The notes beneath the pieces are model-generated. The model was not told where the DNA came from, made no database searches, and saw nothing but the letters and a program-made list of their open reading frames with translations. The position numbers and the translations under genes were made by a program. Shown one piece after another: positions 36,060 through 47,699 of a stretch of 64,000 bases of DNA. Every line of letters starts with the position of its first letter. Within the stretch, counting starts at the first letter, position 1. This stretch comes from Octopus vulgaris (Eukaryota), in assembly GCA_951406725.2 (NCBI GenBank), contig OX597823.1, positions 77,686,001-77,750,000 of the forward strand. The letters are read 5' to 3'.

Positions 36060-36750
36060 CATTATGTTTGAAGTATACTTGAGAACGTTGGATGAGTGAA
36101 TGGTACAGAAGGAAACTGTTATTTCAAAGAGAGAGGGGAAGATGACAATGGACAAGCGGTAGAATAGAAAGTAAGAGCTGTGTGCAGTGCAAGTGGTATA
36201 AGCTGAAGAATAAGAAAGGAATGAAATTAAATAGTTTGGTGAAACATAAGCATTGATAACAATAAGTAATGCATGCTATTGAAAACTTCTTATGATAGCA
36301 TCGGATACAATGAGAGAAATCAACACACTGTAATAAAAGCATGGAGAAATATATTGGCGTGGACTTTAAATGGTTCTCAGCTACTTACCAATAATGTGGA
36401 ATTCCCCTCAGCTTACTTTGAAATGTAATGATAAGAAGCAAAACTATACAGAGCTAAAGTGATATCTTGGGTACACTTGCAATGAAATGACGCTGAAGTT
36501 TTGAAGCATTCATTTTCAATAGATGTTTAATCATATCATTCTCATCAAGCAGGGCTTCATGATTAGATGGAAAACTAGGAAACAAGTATTAGATGAATGT
36601 TCAAATTGCACTGAATTCTCCATAGATTTATAACAGGTATACTACAGGTCATTTACAATGAATTGGATCCTCTTGGGGAGATTTTGGTCAGCTTGTAAAA
36701 AGGCATGAAAACAGAATGGTATTGTGAATGGATCAATTAATGAGTGGTTG
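36060..36750 (-). pseudogene. Possible very old L2/CR1-group LINE RT relic
   Basis: Only short motifs LKMNASKLQ (compare FNASKTQ) and FLFYR; heavily decayed. Confidence 0.3.
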
Positions 36751-36819
36751 TGTTACATCTAAATATTGTACAATGATTGCTTTTACGTTTCTATCCCATT
36801 GGAACTCTAATAATAGCAT

Positions 36820-36947
36820 TGTTATTATTATTGATAATAATAATAAGAATAATGATAAAAAGGAAAAGAATGAAAAGGATAATATCAATAGCAGCAACAA
36901 TAAAAATAAAGCTAATAATGTTAATAACATTAGTAAAATATAAGAGT

Positions 36948-36979
<32 letters not shown>

Positions 36980-37058
36980 AATAATAGTAATAGTAATAAT
37001 AGTAATAGTAATGATAATAATATTAATAATATTAATATTATATTATAATATTAATAAT

Positions 37059-37093
<35 letters not shown>

Positions 37094-37237
37094 TAATAAC
37101 AACAATAATAATAAGAAGAAGAATTGTCATTTCCATCATCGCTATCATTGCTATTATTGCTGTTGCCACCACCATTGCCATTGTCACACCAACACCACCA
37201 CCCCTATCATCATCGTCATCATCATCATCATCATCAT
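36820..37237. repeat. (AAT)n-rich tract grading into (CAT)/(CAC)n
   Basis: Direct reading; explains the 207-aa Ile/Asn/His ORF. Confidence 0.92.
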
Positions 37238-37404
37238 ATGTCTGTTTTTCCATATTGGCGTAATTTCAATAAGTTTCGCATCATTTCATCACTTTTTCTG
37301 CCTGCTCTTCATCGTTTGCCATTCACAGGAACAGAAAAACTGCCAATCTTCGTTGTTACTGCTGTTGCTTATGTCACGCTTTTCGAAACGGCTTGTTTAA
37401 GAAT

Positions 37405-38360
37405 ACTAATATTGTACTCGATAAAGAAGCAGAAGAAATAAGTGCTTTAGACCAATCACAGACTTACAATTACTAAGTGATCAATGAACTAGACAATATA
37501 ACACACCAATAGAAGAAAAAGTTACAAAGGAATATTATAGACACATTAGATTAATACATAAAACAGAATTAAATGTAAAATACAAAGTAATGGGTATCAT
37601 TACACTAGTTGTCCCAGTAATAAATTATAGTTATGTATTCTCAATGAGATGTTATATGAACTAGAAAGATTAGATTGAAAAATCATGAATAGTAATAACT
37701 ACATGTAGAAAATACCACCCCAAATCTGACACTGAGTGATTATACTTACCATGGAAACAGGGATATATGATTTTAGGTAAGTAGAGAACTATTATAAAAT
37801 ATCCACTGTAGGACTACAAAATATCTAGTAAAGAACAATGGAAAACTAATACAAATATCTACAAAACATGAACAAATCAAAAAGATTGTTTCGGCCCTCA
37901 TTGAAACCACCAAATATAAAACAGAATCTGAAATGACAGGGAGTTGCGAGAAGAAAGGAGAAACAACAACTGGAATTATGATAAGGCTAAAAAAATAAGG
38001 TAAAAATGTGGCCAGTGAATGCCATGAGTAATTGATGGCAAGTAAAGGCCTTTTGTAGTTTGGTGATTACCAAGTAATTGTAAGTTTATGTTGGGTCTAG
38101 TTCTCTTATCTCTGTTTCAAGCTGAACGTGGTGGTAGTAGATAAGGAAAATTGTGTAACATTGGCTGAAAAGCACACGATTCAAAGCTGAGACTGGAGAA
38201 GTCTTGATTGTGATATATGATCAAAGCTTTCTGTATTGAAACCATTGAAAGTATGTAATGAAGGAGAATACATTTAAGTAACTGCAGAAGAAACAATTAA
38301 CCATATTATCTCAGGTTACCAGTCTTAGCCATGAGAGAATATATCTAGAAGCATGCCAGG
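37405..38360 (+). pseudogene. Decayed R4/Dong-clade non-LTR retrotransposon (RT C-terminus to CCHC knuckle)
   Basis: EKVTKEYYRHIRLIHKTELNVKYKVMGIITLVVPVINYS; YHPKSDTE*LYLPWKQG; WLKSTRFKAET; EETINHIISG..LAMREY. Confidence 0.82.
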
Positions 38361-38409
38361 GGTGGAGAAAACAGAGAACAATCCTTGTAAAAGTGTCTTG
38401 GAATGATTT

Positions 38410-38720
38410 CATCATCATCATCATCACCATCATCGTCGTCATCGTCATCATCGTCGTCATCATCATCACCATCGTCATTATCATCATTTTAACATCTACA
38501 TTTCCATGTTTGCATGGGTCAGACAGAATTCATTGAGCAAAAGTTTTTACATAGAGGATTTCCAGCTGCCAACACTCACCTGTTCTCAGGTGAGGTAATA
38601 TTTCTCCAGGTCAGATATGTTTTCACCAAAAACAAGAAACAAACGACATTGCTTTGTGTGAGAGTGGCACTTGCTTGCAACTGTCACATGTCAATACAAA
38701 GTGACATAAATACACACACA
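38410..38720 (-). mobile_element. A2-type element body with RTE-like tail and long (ATC)n
   Basis: (ATC)n-TTTTAACATCTACATTTCCATGTTTGCATGGGTCAGAC; resembles 8378-8600. Confidence 0.65.
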
Positions 38721-38914
38721 TGAATAAACATGCTTACATGTTATTTTTCCAAATACCAAACACTCAATCTTGATCTGTGCTTGACCCAGGACTGGAAATA
38801 AGATTTATCAAATGTACAAGATAAGATTTGTCAAATGTACAACGACCATCTCTTTCTCTTCAGCTTGTCCTTATATCTGAGCCATGGTCGACCAGCATTC
38901 CTGTGCCAACTTTC

Positions 38915-39245
38915 ATGTGGCCTCACAGTCATAAGGTAGTGAGTTCGATTCCCAGATCCAGCTGTGTTTTATGTTTTTTAGCAAGGCACTTTATTTCATA
39001 TTGCTCCTGTTCACTCAGCTGCAAAAATGAGTTACAACATCACTAGTGCCAAGCTGCATCAGCCTTTGCCTTTCCCTTGGATAACAGCTTGTCCTTATAC
39101 CTGAGCCTTTGGCTTTCCCATGGATGACATCAATGGCATAGAGAGGGGAGGCTGGTATACATGGGTGACTGCCCAGACTCGTGTCTCAGAGGGTAACTTT
39201 CTAGGTGCATCCTATGGTTATTCTTGACAGAATGCAGTCCTTTTT
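38915..39245 (+). mobile_element. SINE family D
   Basis: GAGTTCGATTCCC..AGCAAGGCACTTTATTTC..CAGCCTTTGCCTTTCCCTTGGATAAC..AACTTTCTAGGTGCA. Confidence 0.8.
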
Positions 39246-39924
39246 TAAAGTATGTATGCATTTATATTTATAAATATCATATACAGTAATCATTAACTTC
39301 CTATTATTTTTAGAAACTGCAACTCCACTGCCTTGGTGAAACAAGCTCTAACCTAAATAGCCAGTTTATCATGCACACACATTGAAATTGAAACAAAAGA
39401 AGAAGGCATTTACCTGCTTATAGCTATTGCCATACAATTAGTGGATATGAAGCTTTATGGAAACACATATATAGATAAGTTAAGAAAGCTCAATGCTTTG
39501 CATGGTACCTATACAATATAACACATTTAGATATCATTCAAATGTTTGACCCATACAATGGACTGCATATTTATACTTCATACAATTATTTATAATTATA
39601 TTCCATGAACAAAACCTCAGAAATTGATTCCATAGAGTTTTGAAATGTGATGAATAGAAGGGATCACATAGCTTGTAATATTGTTCACTTACAAATAGAT
39701 GTCAAAAAAGGAATTTATCCTTACATTTTCAAACTTCATATTTATCTAATAAAATGAAAGTATATCTCTCTCTCTCTCATATACATTCATATATGAGAGA
39801 GTGTGTGTGTGTGTGTATATATACATGCACTCGGGCATATCTATCTATCTCTATCTCTCTTTCTCCCTTTCATATATATATATACATAGACTCACACACA
39901 CATGCACGTATACATATACAAATG

Positions 39925-40081
39925 TGTGTATGTATGTATGTATGTATGTATGTATGTATGTATGTATGTATGTATGTATATGCATGTAAATTTGTGTGTA
40001 TATACACATATACCAGACAAACTAAGTAGGGAGAGAAATACACTTGAGGGAAAAACATACGTACACACTTTCATATATATG

Positions 40082-40148
<67 letters not shown>

Positions 40149-40459
40149 ACATTCTGGAAGTTTGTAGGTATGTGAATTTATTTTGAATGCATGTTAGTTT
40201 ATACATACATACATAGATACATACATACATACATACATACACACACATACATAGATACATACATACATACATACACATACATACATACATACATACATAA
40301 ATACATACATACATACACACACATACATAGATACATACATACATACATACATACATACATACATACATACATACATACATACATACATACATACATACAC
40401 ACACACATACATAAATACATACATAAATACATACATACATACATACATACATACATACA

Positions 40460-40490
<31 letters not shown>
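39925..40490. repeat. (TATG)n, (TA)n and (TACA)n microsatellite block
   Basis: Direct reading. Confidence 0.95.
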
Positions 40491-41017
40491 GTGTGTCTTT
40501 GTGTGTTTATGGGCATTTAGATATGTATATATATATAATTATTTCCAATCCTTTAAATTCAGTTTATTCGTTTATTGTTTGTCATGATGAGTAATACAAA
40601 GTAAAAAAATAGCATTCTATACTTCGTAATTTTGATGGAAATCTGTATGAGAAAAGATTCTACAATAAAACACTGTCAATATTCTTTAATGTTGAAAAGG
40701 AAATCATGTGTTTTCTTCAGAAGGTGTTGAATCTTTTAAAATAAATTAATGACTGCATTGTTAGTTGTAAATGGAATTTTATGTCCAATTTTTTCAATGA
40801 GAATTTCTAAACCTATGAAAGAAAATTAATGCAAAAATAACAAAATTCTTAAACCATAGAATTCATTTAGGAAACAACTCTCAGAATCAACCTGAAACGA
40901 ACATATTGCATTTTCCTCATTGAGGAATAATACAGAACAATACAATAATAGATTAACGTGCAAAGTGTGTGTGTATATCCATCCATCCATCTATCTAACT
41001 ATTTATCTATCTATCTA

Positions 41018-41072
<55 letters not shown>

Positions 41073-42173
41073 CTCTGTCTCTCTGTCTGTCTATCTATCT
41101 AGCTAACTAGCTATTTGTCTGTTTATCTTTCTATCTGTGTGTATATGTGCATGCATGTGTGTGTGTGTATATATATATATATATGCATTTGCACACATAT
41201 ATTTATAAATATATATATATACATAAATATATATTACATGTTTCTCTCTCTCTGCATGTGTATATATATCTATATGTACATAAAGATATATATAGGCAAT
41301 AGTAGAAGATACTTACCCAAGGTGCCACACAATGAGACTGAACCTGAAATCATGTAGTTCATAAGCAAGCTACTTACTACACAGCCACTCCTATACCTAT
41401 ATATATATATAGTATGTAAATAGGGTTGAAATCCAAGATTTGTCCTTATATTTGTAAATTTTATATTGGAAATACTGTAAAAGGTTGAAAACTACATTTT
41501 GCAGAGCACTTACTCATCAAAACAGGTGATTAGAAAAGTCTGTTGTTATTTTTTTCCCCATTACACATGTTTCAATACTGAATAGGAATTACAGAGATAT
41601 ACATATACAAAAACATGTAAGACATCTCCAGTCAGCAATTTTTCAGACAGGGAATTAAAATAATGCTATTATAATAATCATGTGTGTCTGTGTGCGTGTG
41701 TGAGAGAGAGAGTGTGTCTGTTGATATATATGTATATAATTGTTTTCCTGTACTACTGTTTATTATAAATTGAAGGCTTATGCAAAAGTTATATGCTTTT
41801 AGTTAAAATGATTTCTATAAATACTAAGATTACAAGACTTAACATTTAAAATATTTAATGAATAACAAGGCATTTAGATATGAGAGTAGAAATAAAGTAA
41901 TAGATTAAAAGGAATTGAATGAATAAGCCATATAGTTTTCTTGCTCTGTCACTTTTGTTTCCAGCCTTATACCTAACTACCTTGTTAAGTGTTAAATATT
42001 TGAAATGTTAAATGTTAAATTTCAGAATTACAGTCATTTGTAAGCTTTAGAATCTTAGTATTTGTAAGCGGGTAATTTATGGCAAAAACATTTAGTTCTA
42101 TCAAAAGGTGGCAATGTGACACTTGGAGGACTGTCAGAATAAAATCCTAGCTATGATTGGTGGGATTACTATC

Positions 42174-42175
<2 letters not shown>

Positions 42176-42242
<67 letters not shown>

Positions 42243-42284
42243 CACTATTACTATTACTATTATTATTACTACTACTATTATTAC

Positions 42285-42339
<55 letters not shown>

Positions 42340-42413
42340 TTTATTATCATCATCATTATTATTATTATTATTTCTATTATTATCACTATTACTATTACTA
42401 TTAATATTACTAC

Positions 42414-42456
<43 letters not shown>

Positions 42457-42480
42457 GTTATTACTATTGTTGTTGTAGTT
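42176..42480. repeat. ~300-bp (ATT)n/(ACT)n microsatellite
   Basis: Direct reading. Confidence 0.97.
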
Positions 42481-42660
42481 GTTTTTAACTTTATGCATAG
42501 AATACTTTCTCCTCGTGTTTTCATCTGTGTGTGTATGTGTGTTGTGTATGTACATGGTATGTGTCTATGCACGCACACTCACACACATATACAAATATAT
42601 GTTTATTGAGATAATGGACACTTAGAAAACTAGTCCTGATGTGTGTGTGTATGTGTGTGA

Positions 42661-42855
42661 TCATCATCATGATCACCATTTAACGTCTGTTGTCCATGCT
42701 GGCATGGGTTGGACGGTTTACCCGGGGCTGGTAAGCTGGAAGGCTGCACCAGATTTCAGTCTGATTTGATATGGTTTTCTATGGCAGGATGCCCTTCCTA
42801 ACACCAACCACTCTGAGAATGTAATGGGTCCTTTTATGCGACACTGGCATGGGTT
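42661..42855 (-). mobile_element. Family R element
   Basis: TTTAACGTCTG..CCATGCTGGCATGGGTTGGACGGTTT..GGATGCCCTTCCTAACACCAACCAC. Confidence 0.85.
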
Positions 42856-42875
42856 CCATATATGTAACATCAGTA

Positions 42876-43011
42876 TGGGAAGCAGTAATTGAAGTAGATG
42901 GTGAATTTGCTCCCAAATAATCATTTTAAAATGTTTTTGCTGCATACTGTTATTGTTTTTGTTGAATAAAATTTGTTGAAAAAAAGCCATAATAATTATG
43001 CACCAACCCAT
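42876..43011 (+). mobile_element. mariner transposon 3' end (transposase C-terminus + TIR + TA)
   Basis: 42876-42920 encodes WEAVIEVDGEFAPK* (mariner W..VI...G.Y/F terminus); end reads GGGTTGGTGCATAATTATT on the minus strand, like Hsmar1/MADE1 TIRs; TA at 43012-43013. Confidence 0.75.
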
Positions 43012-43036
43012 TAAATATATATGTATATATATATTA

Positions 43037-43155
43037 TTGTGTCTGGGGAGAGTCATTCTCTTTTAGTGCCTTATTATTTAACACACACATTTACTAGTTT
43101 ATTTTTTCTAAAATTTTCATTGTGTCTCGCAACCTTTTCAATAGTTGTTGACTCT
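43037..43155 (-). mobile_element. Single-arm copy of the 50684 fold-back family with a hammerhead-like motif
   Basis: TTGTGTCTGGGGAGAGTCATT..AAAATTTTC..GCAACCTTTTCAATAG shared with 50684-50812; next to (TA)n. Confidence 0.8.
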
Positions 43156-43295
43156 GTTATCCAAACTGCGTTCTTTTTGTTTGTTTACGTGCATGTGTGT
43201 AGGTCAGTGTGCATGCACATACACATGTATATGGCTGTCTGTCTGTATGTATGTATGTATGTATGTATGTATGTATGTATGTATGTATGTATGTA

Positions 43296-43410
43296 TATCA
43301 TTATTCAAGAGTTTATTTCAAGAGCTCTTGCCAATAGGGAAAAACCAGTTTGTAACCTAGATCCAAGGCTCCTTCATTGGAATTTCAACATCAACAACAG
43401 GGTATTTTTG
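43296..43410 (-). mobile_element. Short insert inside (TATG)n with decayed hammerhead-like motif and AATAAA
   Basis: Minus strand ATGAAGG-AGCCT-TGGATCT-AGGTT-ACAAACTGGTT then GAAATAAAC; (TATG)n on both flanks. Confidence 0.5.
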
Positions 43411-43670
43411 TTTGTATGTTTGTATGTATGTACGTATGTATGTATGTACGTATGTATGTATGTATGTATGTATGTATGTATGTATGTATGTATGTATGTA
43501 TGTATGTATGTATGTATGTATGTATGTGCAGATTTGTATGTTGTATGTATTCTCATGCATATAGTTACACATCGAGACATGCTTATATATATTTAAATGA
43601 TGTATGTATGTAGGTGTGTGTATACACATATGTAAGCATGTACGTATTTGTATATCCATAAACAAAATAT

Positions 43671-43941
43671 ATCATCATCATCACTATCATTTAACGTCCG
43701 CTTTCCATGCTGGCATGCATTGGACAGTTTGACTGAGTTCTGGCAAGCAAGAAGGCTGCACCAGGCTCCAATCCAATCTGGCAATGTTTCTACAGCTGGA
43801 TGCCCTTCCTAACATCAACCACTCTGAGAGTGTAATGGGTGCTTTTTATGTGCCACTGGTATGAGGGCTAGTCAGCTGGCACTGGTATCGACCATGCTCA
43901 AATGGGGCTTTTTATGTGCCACCAGTATGGGAGCCAGTCTG
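43671..43941 (-). mobile_element. Family R element with two 5' tandem units
   Basis: TTTAACGTCCGCTTTCCATGCTGGCATG; GCTTTTTATGTGCCAC occurs twice. Confidence 0.85.
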
Positions 43942-44743
43942 GTGTGTGTGTATATGTGTATGTTCGTGTGTAAAAAATCGAAGGTCCTTCCTGAGCCAAA
44001 GGCTAATAAGGCCAGGTTATGGATTCTGTGACATATATATTCCGCCCCTGCATGAGACATCAGTCTTTGGCAGGATTACTCATTTTTGTGAAATGAGGTG
44101 TTTTAATCAGGACCACTACACATCACCTGTCCAAGGTCTTAACATCATGAGTGCAACACCCTAACAATGCACCTTTACACACACACACACACTTATCACA
44201 TATATAAAGACAAGATGAAGACGTCACCAACAAGTGGTGACATGATCTGATCCTTTACATCTTAACAACTTGGGCAAACCATGTACCCAGTCAAAGTTAC
44301 ATATATACATGAAAAACTCAAACATTCTGTGATACATAATTCTTCTCATTGTATTTTTAATTAATTTCTATATTCATTGTTGCTACATAGTTGTGATATG
44401 ATCTAGGTTTAAAGCTCTATATTCTGGTGGAGACACTCTAACAGCATAACTATTTATTAAGCAAGAAAAAAAGTTAATGGTCCCAGAATTTAAGTTCAGA
44501 AATTATATTTCTTTGCCACTAGGTACTATGCAAATGCTTCTTAAACTTCTTAAATCCTACAGATCTTTCAAAAGCTTAGCCAAGGTCTCAAGATGTTAAG
44601 CAGATAAGAGATAAATCTGTCCCTTTGATACAATATTTGTGTAGCTCGTGTAACATTCCCAGAAGATACATTATGTATTACCAACGTGATGGATGGTAGG
44701 CCTAACATGTCATGTGATTTTATGTGTATATGTTTGTATGTAA

Positions 44744-44787
<44 letters not shown>

Positions 44788-45097
44788 TGAAAGTTGGCAT
44801 TCCCAAACAAGACAGAATTCTGTGTGAATAGTTGACTGCAATATTCAATCCTAATTCATGGCTGAATGGACAGCGATAGGAAGGCCATTCAGCTGTAAAG
44901 AGACAAATGTGAAAACAAAGAAAAGCCATCTCATCCATAACTACCATGGAAAAATTGATACAAAACAGTAACACACACACACACACATACACACACGTGC
45001 ACACACCACACACTATGCAGTTACACATTACACATATACAAATGTGTGTGTGTGTGTGTGTTTGCTTTTAATGCATACTCATGTATGTTTATGCATA

Positions 45098-45167
<70 letters not shown>

Positions 45168-45489
45168 TGTATATATATCTGAAGCTCTTTGATTGAATGC
45201 ATGCTGTGTAGTGTGAGGCTCTGTATAGCAACGCAGTCAATCATCAACTGACTTCTAATAAATATAAACTATTTAACCATGTATTGAGTACTTTTTGTTT
45301 CTTTTGTGACATTTTATTATATCAACACATTATACATCCATACATATACACATATATATATGTGCATGCATATGCATGGCATACATTTGTACATAATATA
45401 TGTCTATATATATATACATGTGTCTATGAATACATACATACATATATACACACACATATATTTATATATATATGTATATATATATATAC

Positions 45490-45589
<100 letters not shown>

Positions 45590-46269
45590 GAAACCTTTAT
45601 AATTGAAAATAGAAGTTAAATGAATACTAAAGGATACTTAGGGTAAAAAAATTAAGTACCCTTTGAAATTATTTATTAAATAGTTTCAAAATGTGGTATT
45701 AGATTATATTTAATGGAAAAAAGTTATTTATTGTCAGCGTTTTAAGGCTGATAAATAAATTCCCTTCCAGCGTGTTTGTTTGAGCAACAGTTTGGGCATC
45801 AGACAGAATTACTATATTCTGGATTCAAATTCTGCCTACATGCTTTCAACAAGTGTTAATCACCCACCAACAACAGCTCTTCATCAATCCATAATTATGC
45901 AGTATAGACAGGTAGCTTACACTCAGCATAGATAAGCTGTTAACTATTTATTGAAGTTTAGTCCAGCAGTGGATTAAAAATATCTAAATGGAAAAGTGAC
46001 TGAAAAGCAAACCATAGGTGATAATAGAATATATTGTTGCCTTACTATAATTTGTACTTATATATGAAGAGGAAATATGAGACATAAGGCTTATTAAATA
46101 TGAGACATAAGGCTTATTAAATAAAAGCAATGGACAGTGCTAAGTTGTCAAACATTTAAACCAAATTTTCTCAAAACAACTTGTCCAACTGTCCCATAGG
46201 CTTCCCCTTTGAGAAACACTGATTTAAGCTAAATTTGAGACACCAGCAAAAGAAGAAATAAAGATAGAC

Positions 46270-46459
46270 TTTTTTTCTATTCCAAAGAATGTTTTATCGA
46301 TTGCATTCTCACCTGGAATCGATTTTTGTAATTTTTTCAAGACTTATACATGCCCTGATACCGTTGGTATCTACATATCAAATTTGAGTGCAATCGGATG
46401 GAGGATGCCCGAGATCTTAGAAGACACACACACAGACAGAACAGATTTTATATAATAGA
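46270..46459 (-). mobile_element. Helitron 5' fragment
   Basis: Minus strand A|TCTATTATATAAAATCTGTTCTGTCTGTGTG..CCGATTGCACTCAAATTTG, the same architecture as 16330-16716; no 3' CTAG/hairpin found. Confidence 0.65.
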
Positions 46460-47699
46460 TATACTAATAAATTGTATTCATAAATAGTAAAATGAAACTG
46501 TGAGCTTTGGGGGGCCCGAAGCTATTCCTTTCTATTCATTGCAAATATTTCATTTCATAATCATCTTTCATAATTTTTCGTTATATGTATCGCATGTTTT
46601 GTGTTGTTATGTCTCCTCTCTATTCAGGCTATATGCCTATAATAAAGATTTCAAAAATGCATAAGGTTTAAATTATTTTACAGTATTGAAACCCTTGTTT
46701 ATGCAAGATGAGACTTATTTTGAATGTCCATTAGTTAAAGGAGATTTAGAGAAAAGGGATTTGATCATGGGTGTACAGGTTTACAAAAGATATAATTTCC
46801 TACTTAGCATTTAAATTAGCAGTTGTGGCCTTAAGCAACCATGTGTAACACAATTGTGTGTTATTGCTTTCCTGTTTCTTTTTTGAGATGTGTTCTGACT
46901 AAATGTTCTGTAAGTGCTTAACCAGTTAAGTCTATTAAGAAAGTTTTAGTTTGTATTGATTATGTTGCAACAGGTTAGTTCTTTTGCTTAGCAGTTTCCT
47001 TGAAGTCAGCAGGTAATGGTGTTGATACAATTAGCTTTTGAAGTATTTTGATAGTCAAGCTTGAGCTTGTAATTTGAAGAGATTAGAGCTAGCCAGTGTT
47101 TGTGCAAAATTGCAGGTACTTGAGTAAGTGAGTTTGATAGTCTGGGTTAAGTACCTTGTGGTATTTGTGGTCAGAAGTGAAATGCTACTATAGGAGTTAA
47201 AAGAAATGTTTAGCTTTAGGGGTTTGAACTCACAGGTTAAAGGACACATTATTCTACTCTGTATGTCTCTGTTTAAATTTGATGAGTTTTACTACTGTGT
47301 TGAAATTATATTTTTACATTTTAGCTACTTCTGCTCTATGCCTCTTTACAACTGTCAGATGTCTCATTAAAACTTTTTCATTTGAACACAGTAACTTTAA
47401 GAAAATTGAATAATGGTTTAAGGTGTTCATTGTTCAATATTTAAATTAGCACTTTGCTTAGAAACAGGTAAAGTTTGCGGACAAAGACAGCATCCAGCCA
47501 TAGAAAATTTTACTTCAATGACATCTCATCTGACCCATGCAAGCACAGTAAAAGTAGGCATTAAAACAATGATGATGATGATGATAAACATACACATACA
47601 TAAACATACATATAACTATTCATGTAGATATATGTATTTTTAATATAGATATATGTATTTTAGTATACTATCATATAGATATATGTATTTTTAATAAAT

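Noticed and set aside
36777-37441. 207-aa and 105-aa ORFs
   Set aside because: Poly-Ile/Asn/His from (AAT)n/(CAT)n; no domain.
44214-44250. ATGAAGA followed by a 7-bp hairpin GTCACCA/TGGTGAC
   Set aside because: No GAAA after the stem and no stem I, so not a hammerhead.
46073-46123. Perfect 23-bp tandem duplication AAATATGAGACATAAGGCTTATT
   Set aside because: Real, but an ordinary slippage duplication.
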